Of a stretch of DNA of 64,000 nt, positions 52,671 to 62,800 are shown in pieces. The notes under the pieces are model-generated. The model did not search any database, had not been told where the DNA came from, and worked only from the letters and a program-made list of their open reading frames with translations. The stretch is from IMG/VR virus record IMGVR_UViG_3300027763_000029; one strand, given 5' to 3'. The first letter of the stretch is position 1; each line of letters begins with the position of its first letter. Source of the stretch: a virus. A program made the translations under genes and the position numbers.

Positions 52671-53132
52671 TTATGCGAAGTATGTCGTGTCGTTAGTGAA
52701 TACTCCTGAATAGTTTATTCCCCCAATACTAAGTCTGTATTGTGTATTTAAATAAGAATCAACAAATACTATTCTGGCAATTTCTACGGAATTCTGAATA
52801 TTTCCTTTTCTTATAGAGGAAATTCCAATAGTAGCTGAGGCTGCCTTCTTATTGAAGTTGAGAGTTGCACCACCCGTGCAAGTAAATGTTAATCCATCAG
52901 AGCTATATGTTCCAATAGTATTATTTGTACCAGCTATAGTTATGCTTGTATCAAAAGTTGATAGAGGTGTTGGGGTTGGTGTTGGGGTAGTGGCCGGTGT
53001 TGGTGAAGGCTGTTGTCCTACAGTATTTTCATTACATATAATTGTCAATATATCTTCTACTATTCTGCATGGTTCGCTAGGCGATACGTGTTCTACGGCT
53101 GATACTTTAAGTAATAGATAATTATTGCTCAT
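52671..53132 (-). CDS. Protein starting with the C-terminal part of module B, then Pro/Thr linker and module C
   Basis: YLLLKVSAV...PC...LTIICNE aligns with NILKLTVY...GC...INIYCND in 48961..50910; DTSITI...SDGLTF...YSGVF module C. Confidence 0.65.
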   Translation of the reverse strand: MSNNYLLLKVSAVEHVSPSEPCRIVEDILTIICNENTVGQQPSPTPATTPTPTPTPLSTFDTSITIAGTNNTIGTYSSDGLTFTCTGGATLNFNKKAASATIGISSIRKGNIQNSVEIARIVFVDSYLNTQYRLSIGGINYSGVFTNDTTYFA

Positions 53133-53141
53133 ATATTATAC

Positions 53142-56100
53142 TCAGATTGGGGTTCTAGTTGGAGTTGGAGTCAAAGTATTAGTTTTTGTTACTGTGATAG
53201 TCGGTGTCGGAGTTGGGGTTGGACTAGTAAAAGGGTATGTTCTTACTGGACAAGTCAATAAATAAGTCCAAGCAGTTGATGCGCATGGAGCCTCAACTAC
53301 AACCTTAATATATATCATTCCGTCTGGTTTCTCTATCTGATAACTACCAGCTCCAGTACCACTCAAACCTGTTGCATAACCGCAAGGGCTACTTCCCCTA
53401 AAACCACTATCAAATAGTAATACTTCTGGTTTTGTCTTATCGACAGGAATACCTATAACCTTGAATCTATCAGGAATAGTATAAGCTTCATAATAGAATG
53501 TCATAGTTCCAGGCCAAAATGATGTCTGAATCACTCTTGTATCTACAGTATAAAGAGTTACTTCTGTTTCAATAGGAATATTCTCGATAATATTATTATT
53601 CAATGTTATTTTCTTAAAACCAGCAGTATCATCTATGCTTCTGAAATAATCTTCTACAGATACTGCGTGTGTATCTTCGTCTAATCCATCTGATCTCAAT
53701 ATAGAATATTGCAAAGCTGTTGTTGGTACATTATCAACTACGATATAGTTTTGTCCGGATACTGCTGGTATGACCACATTCAATATGTATATTGGATTTT
53801 GCCCGCCAGCACTCTGTAGATCGTTACAAGGTACTGGTTGAGATATGGTCGGAGTTGGAGTGATACTAGATGTTGGTGTTGGACTAGGTAATACTCCGAT
53901 AATCTCTACAAAATTTTCAGCATTAAATTTACTATTTAAATTATTTACATCTCCATATCCAGTTAAAACAGTAACGGATATCGGAGAGTCGAGATATCCA
54001 CTCCCAGGATCTGTGATATTTACAGCTAATTGAGAAAATTTATTTGGATCTGAATTTATAGATGCTCCACTTCCGTCTCCATTAGAAGAAACTATTGATG
54101 GTGGATATGAAGAATATCCTGATCCAGCATTAACTACAACATATGGTTTATCCGTAAATTGATTTATATCAAATACTATACCTGTTGTTAATGGAATTTC
54201 ATTGTGATCTACTAGAGATGGAGCAGTTTTATATCCTGATCCAGAATTTATTACAATATATGATATGATAACTCCGGATTGATCCACCGAAGTAACAAGT
54301 ATCTCGGCCCCAGTACCTCCGCCACCAGTTAAAGAAATAATATCTCCAGCAACAACAACTGTAGTATTAGTTCCTATGAGCGATGATATAGAACTATTTG
54401 TTATTCCATTTTCTTTTGAAATAGCAAAATTATTAGAATTAGCAACTAATGTTGCTGCTGTTCCATTTCCTGTTAATGTTACTAGTCCTGTTGGAGCACT
54501 AGTGAAACCATAACCCCCATTTAGAACTTCGTATGTTAAAATATCACCATATGAATCAACAGTTAATATTTTAATAACAACATCAGAACCACCACCACCG
54601 GTTGTTGTTAACAAGTCATTTGGAGCATATCCGTAGCCTCCGGTTAATGATGTTATAGAACTAAGAGTCATTGATCCCGAAACTATTTTTATCTGAGCTC
54701 CAGAGCCTCTACCACCAACAACATTTAATGTTTCTCCTATATTGTAATGATTACCACCAGAAACAGTAATCGATTCCGACGTTATTCCTCCAAGAGCAGG
54801 AATAGTAAAATGATCATTGTTGAAGGAAGCAGATACTCCTTGTCCATCTCCTGTTAATGATTGTAATCCAGTAGGAGCTCCTGTATATCCGCTACCAGAG
54901 TTAATAACGGTGAAACTAGGATCTGTAAAATTATTAGAGTTAAAAGTAGCGACTAAACCAGCGCCATCTCCATCTGAACTAAATTGCGAAGGAGCATTAT
55001 AGTAACCTGATCCAGCATCAATAATAGCAAAACTAGTTTTAGTAAACTTAGAAGTATCAAAAGCTGGAGTATTAGTGACAACACCACCAGAACTATTTAA
55101 TACTATGGGGATGGAAGTATATCCTGAGCCTCCTGAAGTTATAACAAAATCTAATATTTTTCCTGAACCATCGACAGATAGAATTTCTATGGTTGCTCCA
55201 GTTCCATTGCCTCCTGTAATTAATAAAGTGTCTCCAACATCATAACCAGTACCAGTATTAATAAAACTAGAGATAGAAGACTTAGTAATTGATCCAGCAG
55301 CAGGAATACCAAAATTATCGGAATTTGCAGATATTGCCGGTTGTGAACAATTTTCAGAAGAGCATTTTAATACCGATAATGCTGTGGGAGGAACAGTAAA
55401 TCCATAACCACCATTTATTACTTCCCAATCAGTTATGGCTCCTGTAAGTTCGTTAATTTCTGTAACTCTAATAACAACATCACTTCCGTCTCCTCCTGTT
55501 GTTGTTAATAGATCTCCAACAGTAAATCCAGATCCAGCGGGTAATGTTCCATCAATAGTTTCTTTAGTAATAGAACCAGACGTAATCTTTACTTGAGCTC
55601 CTGAACCACCACCACCAATTATATCAACTATTTCTCCTATATTATATCCTGTACCTCCTTGTAATTTTATCGAATCACTAGATATTCCTCCAGCAGCAGG
55701 AATAGTAAAATTATCAGCATTAAAAACAATATTAGTACAAGATCCTGAGCTATTCAAAGATACTAGACCATTAGGAGCATAAGTATATCCATGTCCTGGA
55801 TTAAGAACATTTATACTCGTTATTGTCCCACCAGCACCAGTGTTAGTAACTTCTAGAACAGCATCTTTACCTCCACCGCCAGTAGTTGTTAACAAGTCTC
55901 CAATTGAAAATCCAGTACATCCACCGATTGTATTTATGTTTACAGAATCGTTTGTTAAGCCACCGCTAGTAATTTGTATTAGTCCACCAACACCACCACC
56001 ACCTGTAACAGAAATATAGTCTCCTATATTATATCCATTTCCACCACTAAAAGCAGTGAATGAATCAGTAGTTATTCCTCCTGCCACAACCGTCAATGAA

Positions 56101-57059
56101 GCACCATAGCCTCCACCGCCATTCGGTGACAACTTATCTCCAATTCTGAATCCTTTTCCTCCACTGATATCAGATATCGAATCATTAGTTAATCCCCTTA
56201 ATGCACAACTTCTAAAAGCAGGAGCACCTATTGCCAAATCAATTCCTGATGGCAAATTAATATCATTCATTGTTGTACTAATATGTTTAAATAATATTGG
56301 ATCGCTTAATTTTGTTATATTATTTTCAGAATCTGTTACAGATGCGTACAGGTAGATGAACTTTCCTTCGTTGTTGGGAAATGTTATTTTACTATTAAAG
56401 TTTTGGGTGCTTTCTCCAGAAAAGAATTCGCCACTTTTCTTTTCAAATGATACGGAATTAGGCGGAACATCAAAAAATTCGTAGTTATATTTATAGCCTA
56501 TAATTGTATTTTTAGCTAAACCAACCAAAGGAAATTCTGTAGTACCAGAAGGTAGAACTATGATACCATCATTGATGGTAGTATATCCAGGATCAACAAG
56601 CTCGACAATAACCCTATTTTGTCTAGAAAATGCACTTGGTGTTAGTGTAGGAGTTTGTGTAGGAGAAGGTGATGGGACTATATCATCTCCACACTTTAAT
56701 GTGCACATAGCAGAAGATCTAACATCATTTTCTTGATCATATAAAGTTGCTTGTAGAACATAGTCTCCAGCAACATCTAAATCAACAAGAGTTGCAAATG
56801 TTTGTGTTGAAAATGATGCATAGATAGACTCTACTGCAGGATTGAATATATTGACTCTATTTCCTGGATTTGAGTTTGGATTCAATATTTGATAAGTTAT
56901 CTGATAGCTATTTCCAGGAATTAAGTTATCGCATATGACCGATAGGATAAAGTTGTTATTTATGCATTGTCCGGCCGGTAGCTTATATATCCCCAGACCT
57001 GTTCCTTGTCCGGGTAGATAATAAGAAAAATCGAAAGTGATTGTTGCTGGTGTTGACAT
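53142..57059 (-). CDS. Virion protein with 2x module B, nested Gly-rich repeats and a C-terminal PDxF/W.Y.L.CP module
   Basis: GxGY..GD.L...GGGG and N.GSGY...P repeats of the kind found in T4-like cyanophage structural proteins; AGGA Shine-Dalgarno and GTGTAT motif. Confidence 0.75.
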   Translation of the reverse strand: MSTPATITFDFSYYLPGQGTGLGIYKLPAGQCINNNFILSVICDNLIPGNSYQITYQILNPNSNPGNRVNIFNPAVESIYASFSTQTFATLVDLDVAGDYVLQATLYDQENDVRSSAMCTLKCGDDIVPSPSPTQTPTLTPSAFSRQNRVIVELVDPGYTTINDGIIVLPSGTTEFPLVGLAKNTIIGYKYNYEFFDVPPNSVSFEKKSGEFFSGESTQNFNSKITFPNNEGKFIYLYASVTDSENNITKLSDPILFKHISTTMNDINLPSGIDLAIGAPAFRSCALRGLTNDSISDISGGKGFRIGDKLSPNGGGGYGASLTVVAGGITTDSFTAFSGGNGYNIGDYISVTGGGGVGGLIQITSGGLTNDSVNINTIGGCTGFSIGDLLTTTGGGGKDAVLEVTNTGAGGTITSINVLNPGHGYTYAPNGLVSLNSSGSCTNIVFNADNFTIPAAGGISSDSIKLQGGTGYNIGEIVDIIGGGGSGAQVKITSGSITKETIDGTLPAGSGFTVGDLLTTTGGDGSDVVIRVTEINELTGAITDWEVINGGYGFTVPPTALSVLKCSSENCSQPAISANSDNFGIPAAGSITKSSISSFINTGTGYDVGDTLLITGGNGTGATIEILSVDGSGKILDFVITSGGSGYTSIPIVLNSSGGVVTNTPAFDTSKFTKTSFAIIDAGSGYYNAPSQFSSDGDGAGLVATFNSNNFTDPSFTVINSGSGYTGAPTGLQSLTGDGQGVSASFNNDHFTIPALGGITSESITVSGGNHYNIGETLNVVGGRGSGAQIKIVSGSMTLSSITSLTGGYGYAPNDLLTTTGGGGSDVVIKILTVDSYGDILTYEVLNGGYGFTSAPTGLVTLTGNGTAATLVANSNNFAISKENGITNSSISSLIGTNTTVVVAGDIISLTGGGGTGAEILVTSVDQSGVIISYIVINSGSGYKTAPSLVDHNEIPLTTGIVFDINQFTDKPYVVVNAGSGYSSYPPSIVSSNGDGSGASINSDPNKFSQLAVNITDPGSGYLDSPISVTVLTGYGDVNNLNSKFNAENFVEIIGVLPSPTPTSSITPTPTISQPVPCNDLQSAGGQNPIYILNVVIPAVSGQNYIVVDNVPTTALQYSILRSDGLDEDTHAVSVEDYFRSIDDTAGFKKITLNNNIIENIPIETEVTLYTVDTRVIQTSFWPGTMTFYYEAYTIPDRFKVIGIPVDKTKPEVLLFDSGFRGSSPCGYATGLSGTGAGSYQIEKPDGMIYIKVVVEAPCASTAWTYLLTCPVRTYPFTSPTPTPTPTITVTKTNTLTPTPTRTPI

Positions 57060-57094
57060 AAATATTTCCTAAAATTCCAGTACTATAAGATGAA

Positions 57095-57101
57095 ATACAC
57101 T
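57095..57101 (-). promoter_or_regulatory. RGTGTAT motif, putative late promoter
   Basis: ATACACT in the intergenic gap, 36 nt upstream of start 57059. Confidence 0.55.
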
Positions 57102-57112
57102 ATATATAAAGC

Positions 57113-57895
57113 TTATGGACAATTTCCGCAGACAAAAAAGCCTATAGACTCTACGGTTTTTTGGCCATTTGATATACCAAATTTTATAGAATAATTTTCA
57201 CAAGGATTTTTCATAGTTACGCTAGTATAAATATCATGAGATAAACTACTATTACTAATAGTTATAATTCCAGTAGGATTAGAAAATTCTATTCCTTGAT
57301 TCATATCTGTACTAAAATGATAAGTATAAGATTGACCTATTTTGCCTTTGGCCGTTCCATATATTGTAACTTCGCCGCAATTATTCATCCTTGTTACCAA
57401 CTGAGGAAATAATGCAGAAAATCCTAGCGGTGGCGTTCTTGATGGAGTGACTGTAACTGTATTTGTTGGTGTTATAGAAGGCGTTGGAGTTATAGCTGGA
57501 GTTTTTGTTGGTCGTGGAGTTGAGGTTGCAGTAGGAGTAGGTGTTACCGATGGCATTACTGGGTCTTGTGATAAATTACCACAATAAATAGCTGTATAAT
57601 CTCTATGTACTTCAGAATTATTATTATCAAAAATTGATAATTTAATTATATTTGAACTGCTGTTATACATAGTATATGCATTGTTAGCAGAAAAAATAGC
57701 TGATAATGTGTTATTGCTATTTGATGGTCTGATATTGAACCCAGTAGGTATTATCTGATATGCTCCTTCTGGCATCCTGCTAACACAACTAAAAACTACA
57801 GTATAGTTTTCACCAATATTTAATTTAACGCCATCAAAGGATACTAGTACTCCACTACCACATTCATTTCCAGAATAAGTTTTACTAGTAGACAT
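57113..57895 (-). CDS. Protein with 2x module B separated by a Thr/Pro linker
   Basis: ECG...IGENYTVVF...IYCG and NCG...IGQSYTYHF...VCGNCP; AGGA Shine-Dalgarno. Confidence 0.65.
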   Translation of the reverse strand: MSTSKTYSGNECGSGVLVSFDGVKLNIGENYTVVFSCVSRMPEGAYQIIPTGFNIRPSNSNNTLSAIFSANNAYTMYNSSSNIIKLSIFDNNNSEVHRDYTAIYCGNLSQDPVMPSVTPTPTATSTPRPTKTPAITPTPSITPTNTVTVTPSRTPPLGFSALFPQLVTRMNNCGEVTIYGTAKGKIGQSYTYHFSTDMNQGIEFSNPTGIITISNSSLSHDIYTSVTMKNPCENYSIKFGISNGQKTVESIGFFVCGNCP

Positions 57896-57902
57896 ATTTA
57901 TC

Positions 57903-58424
57903 CTAACAATTATTACAGGTGGTGTTTAGAATACTTTCTGATAGTAGTATATCTGTATCTATAGTATCTATTGTAACTATTTTAGAAATACTTATTTTCA
58001 GAATTACTATCGATGTATCAGAAGGTATATTTAAATTCAAAGTAATAGATCTTTGAGAACTATTAGCTGGTAATAACTCAGAAGAGTAAGAGCTAACAAT
58101 AACATTAGCTGAAGGATTTAAATCAGTAATAGTTAATCTATATCTATCGTCATAAATCAGATTATTAACAATAATAGTTACTGCTCCACCATTGCAGCAT
58201 ACCGAAGCAATGTTTTCAAAAGAGATAATTGGTAGAGCTGACATACCATTACCATAAGTTGTATCACATAATTGGTTTGGAACCCATTTAACTATGGTTC
58301 CATCAACCTTTTTGGTATATAATATTCCAGTATTAGCATTAATGACTAATTCGCCAACCTCTACCTGATCTGATGCTGGTGAGGAACTTGATGATATGTC
58401 TCTTTTAAGTTTCATTATGAACAT
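57903..58424 (-). CDS. Fibre N-terminal anchor motif (Mtd_N-like) fused to module B
   Basis: MKLKRD....P....EVGELVINANTGILYTK matches the LKR...P..L..GEL..N...G.LY tail-fibre N-terminal motif; then NNLIYDDRYRLTI...ILKISI...CNNC. Confidence 0.6.
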   Translation of the reverse strand: MFIMKLKRDISSSSSPASDQVEVGELVINANTGILYTKKVDGTIVKWVPNQLCDTTYGNGMSALPIISFENIASVCCNGGAVTIIVNNLIYDDRYRLTITDLNPSANVIVSSYSSELLPANSSQRSITLNLNIPSDTSIVILKISISKIVTIDTIDTDILLSESILNTTCNNC

Positions 58425-59860
58425 ACTCCAGTAAATACAACAACTTCGCCATCCAATAAACTTATTATAGCTGTGTCACTAGGATTTGTCAAAATTAAAT
58501 TACCGTTACTGTCACAAGTTAGTATTTGGCCACTAGAAGAAGGTGGGGTCCATTTTAATGATGATATATTAACATCTCCAATTAAATCTATACCAATATT
58601 TGATACTCTTATTCTATTAGATCCAGCAATAATATTTGTTTGTTGATGATTAGCTGTTAAAACCTCTACTTGAGTATTAGCTCTATTAACAACAACAGCG
58701 AATTCTCCACTTGTTGCATTTGCTGTCGAAGATATTGCTCTTGATATAATTTGAGAAAATTCGATCTGACTATTAATAGAATTTTTACCAGACAAGTTAA
58801 TAGTGCCTATTATTGAACCAGCATCAGGTAATTGCTGTGGTTTATTATAAAGAGTGATATTTGATGGCGAACATTGATTTCTATTTTCTAATCTAATACC
58901 TTCTCCACAAATAGTATTAACTATATGAAGAGTTGATAAAGATTCTGGTAGTGCTGTTGTCGGAACATTTATTCCAACTTTTCCAGTATGCAAAAACCAT
59001 AAACTTTTATCTCCACTACCTCTAACTATAAAATCAGAACTTGTACTCAAATTATTAAATATGGTGCTATCTGTTCCTGTGGTTGGAAATATAGCATAAG
59101 CTTCTTCTTCTACAGATGATCCAAGTAAGAGTTTATTATTTAAACCAGCATAAAGACTAGAGCCAGTTAATGATCCGCTATGATTATATTGAAATGATTC
59201 ATATGGTAAGGATGCCTCATAGGATAAAGACGTAAAGCTTTGAGAATCAAACGACGAAGATTCGTCCTTTAGTTCTACCCAATCCTCGCCAGTGCAAATC
59301 AATTTAGAATATCTATTTGCAGATAGTACTAGTAATTCTTTACCATAAGTATCTTTAATAGATAAATTATTAGATCCATTAGTAGTTTTGAATTCTAGGC
59401 ATAAACTTTGATTATCAACTACTGATGGCAAGAAAGCAGATAAATCTTTTTTAGAAAGATCAACATAATATGTTGCATGTACTGGGTCGATATGGAAGTC
59501 ATCATCTCTGCTGATAAAATTATTGAAGGCAGTTTTAAAATTGTAAGAGTTAGCAAATGAATAAATAGTATTACTACTGTCCTTATTAAAATTTATAGGT
59601 TGATTATTATTTGATGACTGTAAAACCTTAATGCGATCAATTACTATTTTAGAGCCAATATTAATAACTTTACCTATTCCAACTTCATAATTATCTTTAT
59701 TCTTACAAAGATAAGATATGGTCGATCCCAGATCAGAATATCCTATTGACCTAAAGCCATTAACTGGTTGGCCCAATATAATTTGACCATTTTCACTAGT
59801 AAAAGAACAACCTGAGTTGTCTAGAATTTTTATCGGAGAATTAATCATATTTGTTTCCAT
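58415..59860 (-). CDS. Tail fibre protein
   Basis: N-terminal GQIILG..VNGFRS...ISY...YEVGIG...IDR..VLQSSNNN..INF matches a widespread phage fibre attachment domain; TGKVGINVPT and GQILTCDSNGNL fibre motifs. Confidence 0.65.
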   Translation of the reverse strand: METNMINSPIKILDNSGCSFTSENGQIILGQPVNGFRSIGYSDLGSTISYLCKNKDNYEVGIGKVINIGSKIVIDRIKVLQSSNNNQPINFNKDSSNTIYSFANSYNFKTAFNNFISRDDDFHIDPVHATYYVDLSKKDLSAFLPSVVDNQSLCLEFKTTNGSNNLSIKDTYGKELLVLSANRYSKLICTGEDWVELKDESSSFDSQSFTSLSYEASLPYESFQYNHSGSLTGSSLYAGLNNKLLLGSSVEEEAYAIFPTTGTDSTIFNNLSTSSDFIVRGSGDKSLWFLHTGKVGINVPTTALPESLSTLHIVNTICGEGIRLENRNQCSPSNITLYNKPQQLPDAGSIIGTINLSGKNSINSQIEFSQIISRAISSTANATSGEFAVVVNRANTQVEVLTANHQQTNIIAGSNRIRVSNIGIDLIGDVNISSLKWTPPSSSGQILTCDSNGNLILTNPSDTAIISLLDGEVVVFTGVCS

Positions 59861-59877
59861 TCTTTACTATAATTATT

Positions 59878-59884
59878 ATACACC
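59878..59884 (-). promoter_or_regulatory. RGTGTAT motif, putative late promoter
   Basis: ATACACC in a 28-nt intergenic gap, 18 nt upstream of start 59860. Confidence 0.55.
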
Positions 59885-59888
59885 CATA

Positions 59889-62800
59889 TTAAGCCGTATG
59901 ACCAACGCGACCCATAATTGCATCTGGATTTCCTGCTGTAATTTGAGCCTCGCTATTTTTATGTAAACCATAGACAAGTGTCGATGAAGTATTGTTAGAA
60001 ATAACCTGAGAGTTTGCCGCTGCCTGAGCAAGTAACTGTTGACCCATTTCTCCAAGACCAGTATGATGATGTGTTTGTGTTACACTTTGAGAAACAGCAA
60101 GCTGTCCAGGGAAATTGCTTGCATGTTCACCAAATTGATTAGTTATACTTCTAAATTCCTGCATAGCTGCTTTAAATTCTTTTGCATCCAATGTCATATT
60201 ACCACTATTTACATTTCCTCCTTTTGCAAAGTATTGGGGGGATACTGAGCCACCATCAGATAGATGTATTGGCATTACCATAGGAGGAGCAACCATAGGA
60301 GCAACCATACCTCCTTCGGCCAAATATTTTACCACTCCACCTTGACTATAAGCTCCACTATTAATAGCTTGTAACATTGGCATATGTTGTTGGGCGGCTT
60401 GGCGATTGATAACAAATTCGCCAGGAGTTAACATTGCTGGAACGGTGTCGGTCCCCATTGGTTGAGCATTTATAAAAGCCCCATTACTAGCATATACTAA
60501 ACCTCCAGTAGCATATCCAGTTCCTCCACTAGGAGTTTTCCAATTCTTTCGTTTCTTTTTATCAGGATCAATAACTGGCATTTTAGCAGCATTGTTGTTT
60601 GTAGCATCTATGTTCGGCATTGGTGCTGCATTATTATTTGTAGCATCGAACATCGGCATTTTTGCCGTACCTTCTGTATTTTCTTCGCCAACAACATCTT
60701 TAGGGGTGACAGATCCTGATAATAGATTGTATAAACCATATCCAATAGTACCGCCAATAGGAGCAGCCATACCCAATCCTGTTAATAGCATTCTTGTGCT
60801 TTTTGATTGCTGTTTTTTTTCTAGAAGCGTTCGATATTCGGCATCAGCAGCATTCTTTATTCTTGCCATCTCTTCAGTATCACCAGCTGCCTTTGCTTTC
60901 TTCCACGATTTATTAAATCTATCCTTTACTGCTGCAAGCTCTGGGTTGGAGGCTCTTCTTTTTTGTTCCAACTTTTCTGACGATACTCTTCCAGCAGCTA
61001 CAACTTCAGGAGATGAAGCTGGTTTTATAGGAGGGTTTATTAGATCATCCAAAGATTTTTCAAAATCCGAAATCCTTGTTGAAAATGATGACATTTCTTC
61101 TGATGATTTTGTTGCTCGTGAAAGTCCATTGATCTCAGATATCATATCAGAAGCTTTATCGCCTTTTCTTAATCTATCTTGAATAATATTTATATCTAAT
61201 CCTGCTTTATCCCAATCTTTTCTTAATCTATATAGTTCTCTACTATCTTTACTATATCCTAATGCTTTCCCTACCGTATCATGGAACTCTTCTGATGCTG
61301 CTGTTCCATTTGTTCGTCTTCTCTCTACTTCAGCATCAAAAGTTTTTGTAAGAATGTCCACATTTTCTGGCTTTCCTACAAACATATTTGGCTGACCTTT
61401 GACAAATCCTGCGCTTCTTCCTATTTTTAACTTGCCTGATTGTTCTAATTCTAATAATTGATCTTTATACTTGTCATATGTTTCTGCTGAAGTTAATAAT
61501 GCTGCTGGTTTACCTGGTTGATCCGAAGAAAATCCTCTTCTTGCTGACCTTATCACACTTTCTACCTCTTGGTCTCCACTAATTACTCCAAATCCAGCAG
61601 AAGCTAGTTGATCAACTCTTGATATTGAAGAAGGATTGACTGGTGTTTCTGTTGCCTTTTTGGTTGCTTGGTCTACTGATGCTTTTTGTTGTGGAATTGC
61701 ACCGGCTTCTGGACCACCCTTATCAGTATAGCTAATATCTCCTTTGTAAGTTGGAAATAAATCAGGATAATCTCTATAAAATTCATCCATCATTTTCGAA
61801 GGACCCAATTTGCCTGCCTTGTACAGAGCTGTATGTATCTCGCTGACTATCCCTCCCTTGGTTCTAAGGCTCGACATTAGAGGAACTTCAAAATTATCAA
61901 ATCTAGGATCATAAGTTTTATCGGTACCTTCTTGTTTTCTTTTAGCAAGCCATCTTTTACGCAAATCTTTTAATGCCGAGGTTAACTTTTGAGTATCAAT
62001 TGTATCAAGTCCCCCATCAATATTAGGATCATACCTTGTGGTTCCAAATTTCCCTAAAGAGACTGTGTCTCCATAATCCTTTGCTCCGCCAGCAAAAAGA
62101 ATATCATCACCCAATGCTTCCATACGTTTAGTTATAGCAATAGCTTCTTCAGCAGTACCCTTTTTACCATATGCTACTAAGAATCTTTTATCCCTACCCG
62201 ATACAGAATCTTCAAATGAGTGCTGCTTGAAACCAAACGGACCAAGCATCTGTGCTAATTCTGGATCTGCTGCCATACGAGATATCATTTCGTCCATTTG
62301 ACCGGCCTGTACGGCAAATCTCGGCTTGTATCCAGTATTTATTGGCTCTCTATAGTCAGAAGATACTTCTTTTGGTTTAAACCACCTAAGCATAGTACCC
62401 GTATCTTCATATGAGCCCGCGCGAACTTCTGTATTATACAAACCCTGTTTCATACCGGTCGGGTCGTCTTTTGCTCTTTCTAATAAATCTTTGGGACTCC
62501 TGGCTTCAACTTCAACCGGCTTAATAGAACCAGCAGCTTCTTCAGCAGCACTAACGGCAGGATTAGCTGTTTCCACATTATTTGTGTTTGATCTGGTATT
62601 TATAACAGTTTGTTGCTGTTGTGGAGTTAAATTTGCCCAAGCTTCTGTGGTATAATCATCGGGCTTTCCTGTGGTGCTAATTGGTTTACTTGATGAAGAG
62701 CCTTCAAACATACCACCCATCAATTTATCAACTTCTGCCTGCTCTTTAGCATTAGCAGCATCTATTTTTTGTTGTCTATATTCAGTGACGCTTATTCCAG

